A stretch of DNA of 64,000 nt from Nitrospirota bacterium (GCA_049325335.1 JBMOMC010000001.1:384001-448000), one strand, 5' to 3'. Shown: positions 19,456 through 29,528, numbered from the stretch's first letter. Program-made: numbers and translations. Notes: a model not told the origin generated them from the sequence alone.

Positions 19456-21309
19456 TTATTGGAGTGTCACCACGAGGTCATAGGAGCCCAATACCCCTGC
19501 CGACGGATTCCTCGCAGGCCCAGCGGACATGACTTTAACGTAATAGACCCCAGGGGTTAATGAGAGAGGTCCCACTGTTGACGAAAAATTGACGCCGTTA
19601 TTGATGCCGGCCATGTAGACAGGAGGAGTTGGTCGCTCTCGGTTTCCACAGCCGGTCCGTTCAAATCCGCGGAGCGACTCCCGCGGAGTCGCTGTCGCGT
19701 CCTCCCCACTCACGAGCACTCCCTGTTCATTCAGAAGCTCTACCACAGTATCCGCGCCATTGGACAGGTTGAAGGTTTCAATTTTTACGGTGCCCGCCGT
19801 GGCAACACTGAACCGGACATGGTCCACATCCCCTTCAGGAAACAACGTGTGGCAGGTCACTTCGCCGAACGCCACGGGCGGCGCGTTGACGGTCGGCGCA
19901 TTATCTCGCGTTTCGTACTGGTCCGGCACGAACTGCATCCTCCGCAAACCCCCGGTGGACGCCAGACTCAGCGGCCCAATCGATCGGGCAAAGTAGTCCT
20001 CAAATGTTTCCAGTGAGACGTTTGCCGGCGCCGCGATCATCCGCTCGAACACATCCCACACGCCCTCGAGCCCCATCGCAAAGCGATCACCGGGTTCGTT
20101 CGATCCGTCGTACAGGTCCCAGAGCACCGCCGCCACCGCCACTTCACTGGTCGTGTAGACCCCGTGGGTCTCCAACGGCGTCCCGATCGTGGTTAAGAGA
20201 TCCGAATGCGGCGTCTCAATCTCAAAGGAGTAGCTATCGGGATGGTCTGGATGATCGGGATCACCGCCTCGCGAATTGACCATATAACTACTGCGCGGCA
20301 GTCGTTCCCGGTCCCGCACCGCCGCCGAGAAAAACGTGGCCCACCCTTCGGACCAGGCCAGCCGAATGTCCTGGGCATTGTCGTTTAAATAGTGCGGGCC
20401 ACCGGCTTCAGCGGCTTTCGAAAAACTGTACGACATAAAGTGGCCGAATTCATGGAGGATGACGTCATCATCGTATTCATCGTGATCCCCCTCATCCGGC
20501 CCTCCGCCCTCTCCGCCGGACAACTCGATGCCCGCCAGCGCCTGCGACGTCGCGGTCGGATCATCCGCCACAAAGTAGGTCCCCACGGTCCCGCTGCCGA
20601 ACGCAGTCCCCGGCGTCCACCCCAGGACCAGTTCGGCGGTGGGCGGACGACCGGCCATGGCCACCGCGGCCTCGGCGCCGCGAACCGCTACGTCCAAAAT
20701 ATTAAACGCGCCCGCGATCGGGAAATCCACCCGCCCGGCCAACTGTGCGGTGACTGGGACGGCCATGTCGCGGTCGAACACGCCGGGTACCGTGCCGTTA
20801 AACTCCCCCCCGGCCCAGCTATACAGGCTCCACTGCGGACTCTGAATGTCGTCGACCACCGCAAGATTGAATCGTTTTGGGTCGGTCCTTGATACCACAC
20901 GAGGATACACGGTCGGGAAATCGGCCGGGACATTCCTCACCTGCATACAGTAGTTGCCGTTGACATCGGTGTACCCTGACGAGACGACGTGGCCGTCGAT
21001 CGCGAGGACGACTTCCACCTTCGCGTACCGGATCGGCCTGACATCTCGCGCTCCGGTTAGTCCCTGCTGGTTGTAGAGTCGTTTGACGAAGGTCGCCTTC
21101 CCGCCGAGCATGACCCCGTCCCCGCGGCAAATCAGCTCCGTGGTCGGGGTCCCTCCTCCGGGGCTCCCGCAGCCGGTCAGTATGGCGACGACGCAGACCG
21201 CAACCCGGGCGCCGAGCGGCTTACCGCGGGTCTCGAAATTCAATAACCGGTTCACCGGAGAGGGTTTTCTTGGGAGGCGCGAGGCCAAGGCTCTGCTTGG
21301 ATCGTCCAT
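19456..21309 (-). CDS. Lipoprotein zinc metallopeptidase with C-terminal PPC-like domain
   Basis: Lipobox LTGC; DDDVILHEFGHF...AWSEGWATF (HExxH..E); C-terminal D.DHVRF...V.IET...ADTVVEL; true start probably downstream of 21309. Confidence 0.75.
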   Translation of the reverse strand: MDDPSRALASRLPRKPSPVNRLLNFETRGKPLGARVAVCVVAILTGCGSPGGGTPTTELICRGDGVMLGGKATFVKRLYNQQGLTGARDVRPIRYAKVEVVLAIDGHVVSSGYTDVNGNYCMQVRNVPADFPTVYPRVVSRTDPKRFNLAVVDDIQSPQWSLYSWAGGEFNGTVPGVFDRDMAVPVTAQLAGRVDFPIAGAFNILDVAVRGAEAAVAMAGRPPTAELVLGWTPGTAFGSGTVGTYFVADDPTATSQALAGIELSGGEGGGPDEGDHDEYDDDVILHEFGHFMSYSFSKAAEAGGPHYLNDNAQDIRLAWSEGWATFFSAAVRDRERLPRSSYMVNSRGGDPDHPDHPDSYSFEIETPHSDLLTTIGTPLETHGVYTTSEVAVAAVLWDLYDGSNEPGDRFAMGLEGVWDVFERMIAAPANVSLETFEDYFARSIGPLSLASTGGLRRMQFVPDQYETRDNAPTVNAPPVAFGEVTCHTLFPEGDVDHVRFSVATAGTVKIETFNLSNGADTVVELLNEQGVLVSGEDATATPRESLRGFERTGCGNRERPTPPVYMAGINNGVNFSSTVGPLSLTPGVYYVKVMSAGPARNPSAGVLGSYDLVVTLQ

Positions 21310-21754
21310 CCAAATTCAGCGACAGCGACCGCATGTCTCCCAGCACGGTCCCGTCGGGAAACTCGATCCGCGCGCGCCCCCGGATGACGGCCGGTGCGGC
21401 GCGGCGCGGGCGTACGGTCACGGTCAGAACCCGGCTCTCGTGCGCCTGTGCCGCCCCGGTCCACGTGAGATCACCCGCCACAAGGTCCACCTGGTCCGGC
21501 AACGTGATGCTCAGGGACAGGCGTTCCGCGTTGATCGCGGGGGTGGCGGTCAGCGTGACCGTGAGATCGACGTCCACCGCCGCGGAGCCGGACGATTCCA
21601 GCGCCACGGAAATCGGCACCGACGGCATGGTCGCGCGAGCAACGCCGGAACCCGCGGCGTATACCAGGAGCACGATACCAACCACGACGCTCCGCTGAGC
21701 GTACGGGAGGCTCCGCGGCCCCCTTCGACGTTCGGCAGTCTTGTCCACAACCAT
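21221..21754 (-). CDS. Secreted beta-sandwich hypothetical protein
   Basis: SD GGAGGGG, signal peptide, beta-rich sequence; overlaps start region of the metallopeptidase. Confidence 0.65.
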   Translation of the reverse strand: MVVDKTAERRRGPRSLPYAQRSVVVGIVLLVYAAGSGVARATMPSVPISVALESSGSAAVDVDLTVTLTATPAINAERLSLSITLPDQVDLVAGDLTWTGAAQAHESRVLTVTVRPRRAAPAVIRGRARIEFPDGTVLGDMRSLSLNLDGRSKQSLGLAPPKKTLSGEPVIEFRDPR

Positions 21755-21904
21755 CTAGACCCCTCCCTTTTGCCGTTTATTCAGGCCTATTGGCCCGCTC
21801 CGACCTCAAACCCGCCGTATTTTGCGGCCCCGCGTTCGGCCGCAGTATATCCCAGGCGCGCCGTTGACTTCACCGGAAGACTTCTCATAAGCTGAAGCCA
21901 TCTC

Positions 21905-23794
21905 ATGGCCGTCCATCCTCCGCTCGGACGCCACCGCTTGGTCCGCCGGTTGGTCCTGCCGTATGCCTTGTTGATTATCGGCACCTTGGCGGTGAGCGGG
22001 TGGTTCTTCTACGGCGCGGCGCAAGACGCGCTGGACCAAGAACTCACCAAACGACTCCTGACCGTGGCGCAAACCGTTCGATCCACGATTAACCCCCGGT
22101 ATCTCATGCAGATGCGTCCCGGCAGCGAGGGCACCACGTTGTATGCGCTGTTGTTGGCCGACCTCCAACGCGTGCAGCACGCCGCCAACGCCAGCCACAT
22201 TTTCGTCTTGGACGACCAGCACCGGATGTTGTTGGACGCCAACGAACGCACGCCGATCGGACGTGAATACCTCCTGGTCAAACTGGACACACCAGAATGG
22301 ACTGACGTGTGGCGCGGCCGGTCCGCCGCCTCTCGCCTCTATCGCGGTCAGGACAGCCGATATTATAAGTCCGGTTATGCCCCGTTGCTGGACCAAAACG
22401 GGTCGGCGGTCGCGGTGGTCGGCGTGGAAGCGGGCGCGGATTTCTTTGACGCGCTGTCGGTCACCAAGCGTCAGGTCGCGTGGACCGTGGCCGGCAGTCT
22501 GCTGATCCTTCTGTCCATCGGCTGGTGGTTGTCCCGCTCGATTCTCCGACCGCTGACGGTCCTGGTCTCGGCCATGGACCGGGTGGGCCAAGGCGAGGCC
22601 CCCGCCAAAATCGAGAGTCTGAAACACGACGAAATCGGCTACCTCGGCCGTCGGTTCAATGAAATGGTCGATGCCTTGGCTGAAAAAGACCGCCTGCTGA
22701 CCGAGCTCTACCAACACGAACGACAACGCGCCGACCGACACCGCGGATACAGCGACTTTCTCCTGCGCAGCATGACGACCGGCGTGATCGGCGTGGACTT
22801 CGCGGGTCGGTTGACCAGCGTGAACCCGGCGGCGCTGGATATCCTCGATCTCTCGATCGAGGAAACCGGCGCCGCGCTCGACGCGGTGTTGGAACCCGAT
22901 CATCCGATCATGCGGATCTTGGACGAGACGCTCGCCGGTCAGCCCGCGCAGGCCAGACAGGAACTCCACATCCAGACGCGAACCGGACGTTCAAAGTGGG
23001 TCGGGGTCCACACCGCGCCGTTGCACGACCTGGACGGGATGTTGATCGGCGCGTCGGCCTTGCTGACCGATGTCACCGCGGTCCGAAAACTCCAAGACGA
23101 GATCAGGAGAAAAGACCGGTTGGCGGCCATCGGCCAGTTGAGCGCCGGCATCGCGCACGAAATTCGCAACCCGCTGGCCGCCATCGAGGGGTTTTCCGAA
23201 CTGTTGGCGCGCCGAGTCCCGGACGAAGGCGCCCGCGTGCTGCTGGACGAGATCGTCCAGGAAGTCCGCCATCTCAATCGGATCGTCTCGGACTTTCTCA
23301 CCTTCGCGCGCGAACCGCAACTGCACTGCGAGCCGACGGACGTGGGCCAACTCGTCGACGGGACCTTAAGCTTGCTGCTCTCCACGCACGCAAAACCCAT
23401 CACGCTGGCCGGCAATCTTCCCCAACACCTGCCGCCGGTGGCGTTGGACCCGAATGAATTCCGGCGCGTGCTCGTCAACATCCTCCGGAACGCGTTGGAG
23501 GCCATGCCCGATGGCGGCACGTTGCACGTCTCGGCCGATCTCTCCGACGAGTGGTTGACCGTGACGATCCGGGACAGCGGTCCCGGCATCCCCGAACACG
23601 TCAAAGAACAGATCTTCACGCCGTTCTTTACCACGAAAGACGAAGGCACGGGCTTGGGCTTGGCGATCGCCCACAAAATCATCGAAGGACACCGCGGCAT
23701 CATCGATGTGGAGAGTACGCCCGGCGTCGGGTCGGCCTTCACCATCCGCATTCCCGTGGAAAGGGTTCCCCATGAAACGCATTCTCATCGTTGA
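21905..23794 (+). CDS. Sensor histidine kinase (periplasmic sensor, HAMP, PAS, HisKA, HATPase)
   Basis: Two TMs, DEIGYLGRRFNEM HAMP, AGIAHEIRNPL, NILRNALEAM, DSGPGI, FFTTK, GTGLGL. Confidence 0.96.
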   Translation: MAVHPPLGRHRLVRRLVLPYALLIIGTLAVSGWFFYGAAQDALDQELTKRLLTVAQTVRSTINPRYLMQMRPGSEGTTLYALLLADLQRVQHAANASHIFVLDDQHRMLLDANERTPIGREYLLVKLDTPEWTDVWRGRSAASRLYRGQDSRYYKSGYAPLLDQNGSAVAVVGVEAGADFFDALSVTKRQVAWTVAGSLLILLSIGWWLSRSILRPLTVLVSAMDRVGQGEAPAKIESLKHDEIGYLGRRFNEMVDALAEKDRLLTELYQHERQRADRHRGYSDFLLRSMTTGVIGVDFAGRLTSVNPAALDILDLSIEETGAALDAVLEPDHPIMRILDETLAGQPAQARQELHIQTRTGRSKWVGVHTAPLHDLDGMLIGASALLTDVTAVRKLQDEIRRKDRLAAIGQLSAGIAHEIRNPLAAIEGFSELLARRVPDEGARVLLDEIVQEVRHLNRIVSDFLTFAREPQLHCEPTDVGQLVDGTLSLLLSTHAKPITLAGNLPQHLPPVALDPNEFRRVLVNILRNALEAMPDGGTLHVSADLSDEWLTVTIRDSGPGIPEHVKEQIFTPFFTTKDEGTGLGLAIAHKIIEGHRGIIDVESTPGVGSAFTIRIPVERVPHETHSHR

Positions 23795-25121
23795 CGACAA
23801 AGCCTCCATGCGCCACATGCTCCGGCAGGTCTTTCAAGTCCCGGGCTTCGAGGTGGTGGAGGCCGGAGACGGGGATGACGCCTTAACCAGACTCCGCGAG
23901 GGCTCGATCGACCTGGTTATTACCGACGTCAAAATGCCCAAAGCCGACGGGCTCACCGTGCTCAAAGAGTGTCGGACCGTGTTGCCGCGAACCCCCGTGA
24001 TCGTCATGACCGCGTACGGCACGATCGAGCAAGCCGTGGAAACGATTCGACAAGGCGCGTTCGATTACATCGTGAAACCCTTCTCTATCAGCGAGATCGA
24101 GCTGAAAGCGCAACGCGCGTTCGATCAGGCGCGCCTGTTGTCGGAAAACGACTATTTAAAGGAAACCATCTCGCGCCAAGTCGGCCGCATGATCGGACGC
24201 AGCGAGAAAATGCAGCAGGTCTACCGATTGATCCGCAAGGTCGCGACCGGTTCTCCCTCGGTCCTGATTTTGGGCGAAAGCGGAACCGGCAAAGAACTCG
24301 TGGCCCGGGAAATCCACCAGCAGAGTCCGCGCGCCGCGCAACCGTTCATCGCGGTCAATTGCGCGGCCCTCTCCGAAGGGTTGCTCGAAAGCGAGCTGTT
24401 CGGCCACGAACGCGGCGCCTTTACTGGCGCGTTGTTTCAAAAAAAAGGCCGATTCGAACTCGCGGACCGGGGCACGTTATTCCTCGATGAGATCGCGGAA
24501 CTCTCGCCCGCGCTTCAAGTCAAACTCCTTCGGGTGCTGCAGGAGAAGACCTTCGAGCGGGTCGGCGGCACCAAGACGCTGACCGCCGACGTCCGCATCT
24601 TGGCCGCGACCAACCGCGAGATCCGCCGGGAAATCGCGGAGCGCCGGTTTCGGGAAGATCTCTATTTTCGTTTGAACGTCGTCACCATCGCGCTGCCGCC
24701 GCTGCGAGAGCGGCTCGACGACATCCCCGAACTCGTGGAATACTTTCTCGCGCGCTATGCGACCGCGCTGCACAAACCGGTCACCCTTGCGCCGGAAGTG
24801 CTCACGGCCCTCATGTCCTACGCATGGCCGGGCAATATCCGTGAGCTGGAAAACCTGATCGAGCGACTCGTGGTGTTGGCCGAAGGTGACCGCATTGAAT
24901 ACGCGGACCTTCCGGCCGAACTCTTCGGGACCGCGCCGCAACCGCCCTCAACCGACGGCCTCTCCGATCGGATCAATCAACTCGAACGGGAAATGATCCG
25001 TCGCACCATCGAAGAGTGCGGGCACAACCAGACGCGGGCCGCGAAACTGTTGGGCCTCAAACGCAGCTCGCTCCAATACAAGCTCAAAAAATACGGCCTC
25101 CACTCCTCCCCGGCTTCGTAG
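23772..25121 (+). CDS. sigma54-dependent response regulator (NtrC/ZraR family)
   Basis: REC (ILIVDD, ITDVKMP), GESGTGKE, GAFTGA, LFLDEI, WPGNIREL, Fis HTH. Confidence 0.97.
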   Translation: MKRILIVDDKASMRHMLRQVFQVPGFEVVEAGDGDDALTRLREGSIDLVITDVKMPKADGLTVLKECRTVLPRTPVIVMTAYGTIEQAVETIRQGAFDYIVKPFSISEIELKAQRAFDQARLLSENDYLKETISRQVGRMIGRSEKMQQVYRLIRKVATGSPSVLILGESGTGKELVAREIHQQSPRAAQPFIAVNCAALSEGLLESELFGHERGAFTGALFQKKGRFELADRGTLFLDEIAELSPALQVKLLRVLQEKTFERVGGTKTLTADVRILAATNREIRREIAERRFREDLYFRLNVVTIALPPLRERLDDIPELVEYFLARYATALHKPVTLAPEVLTALMSYAWPGNIRELENLIERLVVLAEGDRIEYADLPAELFGTAPQPPSTDGLSDRINQLEREMIRRTIEECGHNQTRAAKLLGLKRSSLQYKLKKYGLHSSPAS

Positions 25122-25204
25122 CCATGGCCCTGTCCGAACACGACCCGCCCCAGCGCCAAGGACGTTCCTTGACAGCGGACCCGGCTCGCGCGACAATTTT
25201 TCGC

Positions 25205-25546
25205 ATGCGGCGTCCTCACCAGCTCGGAAATCTGGTGATCTTCGTCACGACCCTTGGCGGCCTGGCCGTGCCATCCCCAGTGATGGCGGCCGGAGACGCT
25301 GCGCGGGGCAAGACCATTTACGAAAAAAACTGCCTGGGTTGCCACGGCCGGACCGGACACGGCGTGGGCGGGGCCACCCCCAACCTCGCGGATCCCGACC
25401 GGATGTCGGCCCTGACCGACCAACATCTCTACCAGACCGTGACCCAAGGCCGGCCAGGAACCGGCATGCCGTCGTGGAGCACGGTCCTGAGCGACCAAGA
25501 CCGCTGGCACGTGGTCGCCTACGTGCGCACCCTGTCCGCTCGTTAG
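25205..25546 (+). CDS. Monoheme class I cytochrome c
   Basis: Signal peptide, GDAARGKTIY..NCLGCHG, GMPSW Met ligand; alternative start 25124. Confidence 0.9.
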   Translation: MRRPHQLGNLVIFVTTLGGLAVPSPVMAAGDAARGKTIYEKNCLGCHGRTGHGVGGATPNLADPDRMSALTDQHLYQTVTQGRPGTGMPSWSTVLSDQDRWHVVAYVRTLSAR

Positions 25547-25565
25547 ACCAGGAGCGCGGAGCCGT

Positions 25566-25594
25566 TTGACAAGCCAAAAGCCGAATGCTAGCTT
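25566..25594 (+). promoter_or_regulatory. sigma70 promoter of RomR-like gene
   Basis: TTGACA-17bp-TAGCTT with TG extended -10. Confidence 0.65.
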
Positions 25595-25627
25595 AACGTC
25601 CGTCCGACTGTTGTGTGGTATCCGAAC

Positions 25628-26641
25628 ATGAGCACATCCCGACTTCTGGTAATCGACCATGATTCCGCGGTGCAGCAGGCCGTCGAATCCGCCCTCAATC
25701 CCGAAGGCTTTGATGTGACGGCGGTTGCGGATGGATTGAGCGCGTTGGATCTGGCCCTGGCGAGCCCGCCGGACGTGATCTTGGCGGAATACCGGATGGA
25801 GGGCGTGAATGTTTTTCGCTTCATCGAAAAACTCAAACATAAAAGCGCGCTGAACGGCGTTGCGTTGCTCCTGCTGGTCAATCCGGCGGACACGTACGAC
25901 GAACTGACCCTGCGGTTGGTCGGCGTCACCGAGTTTCTCCGCAAACCCCTGAACCCCAAGGAATTGCTGGATCGCGTCAAGCGGTATCGGCCGTTTGCAA
26001 TTCCCGTCCCGGCAGCCCCGGCGGCCATGAACACGGTGCACTCGGAGCCCCAACCGGTCGAGGATTTGCTGGGCTGGTCGCAGGACGCGTCCCCCTCGCC
26101 GTTTTCAGAGTTGTCGCAGGATCAGTCGACGGGTCTGGATTTCGGCCTGGCCCCGCCCGACCAATCGGCGTCAGCGGCCGGTTCCGCTGATGCCACCGAG
26201 TTCTTGGAACGCAATGAGGTCACCCCGAGCGAACATCCCGCGGCGGTGAGCGACACGGAACAAGCCTTTGCGGACCTCGCGCAGGGCGCGTTGGCCGCGC
26301 CGGAACCGGCGTTCGCCGATCCGACGGACTCCCTGTTTCCGCAGGCGGAATCTCCTCGGCCGGCATCGGCCCCCGTGCCCGACACGGCGCACCGCCCGGC
26401 GGAGCATACCGGGAACGGATCACTGCCGGTCCAACCCGAGGTGATCGAGCGCCTTGCGCACGACGTGGCGCAGCAGGCGGTTGAACGGGTGGCGTGGGAC
26501 GTGGTGCCCGACCTCGCGAAGCAATCGCTGGAGCGCATCGTGACCGCGGTGGTCGAACGCGTGGTGTGGGACGTGGTGCCCGCCATCGCCGAAGCCGCCG
26601 TCAAACAGGAAATCGAGCGCCTCACCCGGGATAACGGGTAA
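25628..26641 (+). CDS. RomR-like response regulator (atypical receiver, acidic Pro-rich linker, helical C-terminal motif)
   Basis: REC with PDVILAEYRME; disordered linker; C-terminal ERVAWDVVPDLA / ERVVWDVVPAIAEAAVKQEIERL; directly upstream of valS. Confidence 0.75.
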   Translation: MSTSRLLVIDHDSAVQQAVESALNPEGFDVTAVADGLSALDLALASPPDVILAEYRMEGVNVFRFIEKLKHKSALNGVALLLLVNPADTYDELTLRLVGVTEFLRKPLNPKELLDRVKRYRPFAIPVPAAPAAMNTVHSEPQPVEDLLGWSQDASPSPFSELSQDQSTGLDFGLAPPDQSASAAGSADATEFLERNEVTPSEHPAAVSDTEQAFADLAQGALAAPEPAFADPTDSLFPQAESPRPASAPVPDTAHRPAEHTGNGSLPVQPEVIERLAHDVAQQAVERVAWDVVPDLAKQSLERIVTAVVERVVWDVVPAIAEAAVKQEIERLTRDNG

Positions 26642-26759
26642 CGCACCCGCACATTCCGCTCTCCACATGCATCCCTAACGGGAATTTCCCGCCCGTCGTT
26701 TTCTTTACAAGCTTTGCGGCGCGATGGTATGATGGCCGCGATTTCGCCCCCGCAGAGTC

Positions 26760-29528
26760 ATGTCCGATCTCGACACGGTCTATCAACCGAAAGATGTCGA
26801 AGCGCGCTGGTCGCGCCTTTGGCTTGAGCGCGACGTGTTTCGGGCCGACCCGGCGTCACCGGGCGCGCCCTACTGCATCGTTATCCCGCCGCCCAACGTC
26901 ACGGGTTCGCTGCACGTCGGCCACGCGCTGAACAACACGCTGCAGGACATCCTCGTTCGCTGGCACCGGATGCGCGGCGACGCCACGCTGTGGCAGCCCG
27001 GAACGGACCACGCCGGCATCGCGACCCAGAACGTGGTCGAGCGTCAACTCAAAGCCGAAGGGTTGTCCCGGGACGACCTGGACCGGGAGCAATTCATCGA
27101 ACGCGTCTGGGCGTGGCGCAAGGAATCCGGTGGCCGCATCGTGGAACAGCTCAAACGTCTGGGCGCGTCGTGCGACTGGAGCCGCGAGCGCTTCACCATG
27201 GACGAAGGACTCTCCGCCACGGTGCGCGAGGTCTTCGTTCGCCTGTACCGCGAGGGGCTTATTTATCGGGCCGAGCGTTTGATCAACTGGTGTTGGCGCT
27301 GCGGAACGGCCTTGTCCGACATCGAGGTCGAACATGAGGAAATCGCGGGGAAGATGTACCATATTCGCTATCCCCTCGCCCACGACCCGTCGCAATCCCT
27401 CACCGTGGCCACCACGCGGCCCGAAACCATGCTGGGGGACACCGCGGTCGCCGTCCATCCCGAAGATCCTCGGTTCAACCAGTGGATCGGACAGCGGGTC
27501 GCGCTGCCGCTGACCACGCGGACAATCCCCATCGTCGGCGATCCGATCTTGGTTGACCGCGAATTCGGAACCGGCGCGGTCAAGATCACTCCGGGACACG
27601 ATTTTAACGACGAAAAGGCGGGACGACGGCATGGCCTCGACAGCATCTCACTTCTGAATTCCCGCGGGCGGATCGACCCTTCGAGCTACGCCGCGGCTCA
27701 GATCCTCGATGATCTCGGCGCCCAACTTGCCGACAAACCGGTCAAGGACGCGCGGACACTCGTGGTCGAACGGTTGGAGCGCGACGGCTTGCTGCTCAAG
27801 ACCAACGATCACCGCCTCGCGATCGGCAAGTGTTACCGCTGCAAAACCAGCGTCGAGCCGTATGCGTCGCCACAGTGGTTCGTCAACATCAACGACCCGG
27901 CTCCCGGAAAATCCCTCGCCCAACCCGCGATCGACGCGGTGCGGAACGGGACCATCCGGCTGATTCCGGAAGGCTGGGCCAACAACTACTTCGGCTGGAT
28001 GAATCAGATCCAGGACTGGTGCGTGTCCCGGCAAATCTGGTGGGGACACCGCATCCCGGTCTGGTACTGCCGCGCGTGTGATCCCGCGGTCGCGACAACG
28101 GGCGCCGCGATTCACATCGGCCGCGCCGCGTTCCCCATCGTGCCCTCAGTGGATTCGGCTCACCAAGCGCCGACCCGCTGTCCTCGGTGCGGCACGATGG
28201 ATCTGGTTCAGGACCCCGACGTGCTCGACACCTGGTTCTCCTCAGCCCTGTGGCCGTTCTCCACTCTGGGCTGGCCCCAACGTACGCCTGAACTGGCGCG
28301 GTTCTATCCGACTTCGGCGTTGGTCACGAGCTTTGACATCCTGTTCTTCTGGGTCGCGCGAATGATCATGATGGGCCTCAAGTTCATGGGCGACGTACCG
28401 TTTCGGGACGTGTACATCCACGCGCTGGTGCGGGACGCCGACGGCCAGAAGATGAGCAAGTCCAAGGGCAACGTGATTGACCCGCTCGGCATCATGGATC
28501 AATACGGCACCGACGCCCTGCGGTTCACGCTGGCCGCAATGGCCTCGCCCGGACGCGACGTGAAACTCTCCGAGCAGCGCATCGAGGGGTATCGGAACTT
28601 CGCGAACAAACTGTGGAACGCGTCGCGGTTCGTGTTGATCAACGTGGCGGGTCGATCAACGGATGCCGGCCCCGAGCACCGATCGCTTGCCGACCGATGG
28701 ATCACGGTCCGGCTCAATCACGCGATCGACACGGTGACCCGCGATCTGAGCGACTACCGCTTCGATGAAGCCGCCAACCATCTGTACCGCTTTATCTGGC
28801 ATGAGTTCTGCGACTGGTACATCGAGCTCGCGAAACCCCGGTTGTCCCCGGATGCCCCGGAGCGCGAGGCCGCCGCAACCCGAGCGACCATGGTCACCAC
28901 GTTGGAGACCACGCTGCGGTTGCTCCACCCCTTGATGCCGTTTATTACGGAAGAAATCTGGCAGAAGATTCCCCACGCGGGAGACACGATTGTCCTCGCT
29001 CCCTACCCGCGGCCGGTCGCGATCTCGAACGAGGATCGCGGCCTCGAGGGAATCATGGACGAGATCATCGCCGTGATCACGGCCATCCGGACGATGCGAA
29101 GCGAGTTAAACGTCCCGCCGGCTCAGAAGCTTCGGGCGGGATTCAGAACCGGCGCGGCGACGGCGGAACGGATTCGGCGTCACGGCGCGGGCGACATCCT
29201 CCGACTGGCCCGCTTGTCGGACTTCCAGGCGGCTCCGGACATGGAGACACCCCACGGTGCCGTCGCTCACGCCACGCCGATCGGCGAAGTATTCGTGGTG
29301 CTGGAGGGCGTTGACCTCGAAAAGGAACGTACCAGACTCCACAAAAACCTTCGCGAGACCCAGGCCGAATTGTTACGAATCGAGACCAAGCTGAAGAACC
29401 CGCAGTTCACCGCGAAAGCTCCGCCTGACGTCATTGCGGATCATGATCGCCGCCGCGCGGAACTGTGCGAACAGCATCGCACGCTCTCGGAGCAACTCGC
29501 CAGACTTGGCGGGAGCGGCTCGCCGTGA
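26760..29528 (+). CDS. valS: Valine--tRNA ligase
   Basis: PPPNVTGSLHVGHA, ATTRPET, DWCVSRQIWWGH, KMSKS. Confidence 0.99.
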   Translation: MSDLDTVYQPKDVEARWSRLWLERDVFRADPASPGAPYCIVIPPPNVTGSLHVGHALNNTLQDILVRWHRMRGDATLWQPGTDHAGIATQNVVERQLKAEGLSRDDLDREQFIERVWAWRKESGGRIVEQLKRLGASCDWSRERFTMDEGLSATVREVFVRLYREGLIYRAERLINWCWRCGTALSDIEVEHEEIAGKMYHIRYPLAHDPSQSLTVATTRPETMLGDTAVAVHPEDPRFNQWIGQRVALPLTTRTIPIVGDPILVDREFGTGAVKITPGHDFNDEKAGRRHGLDSISLLNSRGRIDPSSYAAAQILDDLGAQLADKPVKDARTLVVERLERDGLLLKTNDHRLAIGKCYRCKTSVEPYASPQWFVNINDPAPGKSLAQPAIDAVRNGTIRLIPEGWANNYFGWMNQIQDWCVSRQIWWGHRIPVWYCRACDPAVATTGAAIHIGRAAFPIVPSVDSAHQAPTRCPRCGTMDLVQDPDVLDTWFSSALWPFSTLGWPQRTPELARFYPTSALVTSFDILFFWVARMIMMGLKFMGDVPFRDVYIHALVRDADGQKMSKSKGNVIDPLGIMDQYGTDALRFTLAAMASPGRDVKLSEQRIEGYRNFANKLWNASRFVLINVAGRSTDAGPEHRSLADRWITVRLNHAIDTVTRDLSDYRFDEAANHLYRFIWHEFCDWYIELAKPRLSPDAPEREAAATRATMVTTLETTLRLLHPLMPFITEEIWQKIPHAGDTIVLAPYPRPVAISNEDRGLEGIMDEIIAVITAIRTMRSELNVPPAQKLRAGFRTGAATAERIRRHGAGDILRLARLSDFQAAPDMETPHGAVAHATPIGEVFVVLEGVDLEKERTRLHKNLRETQAELLRIETKLKNPQFTAKAPPDVIADHDRRRAELCEQHRTLSEQLARLGGSGSP

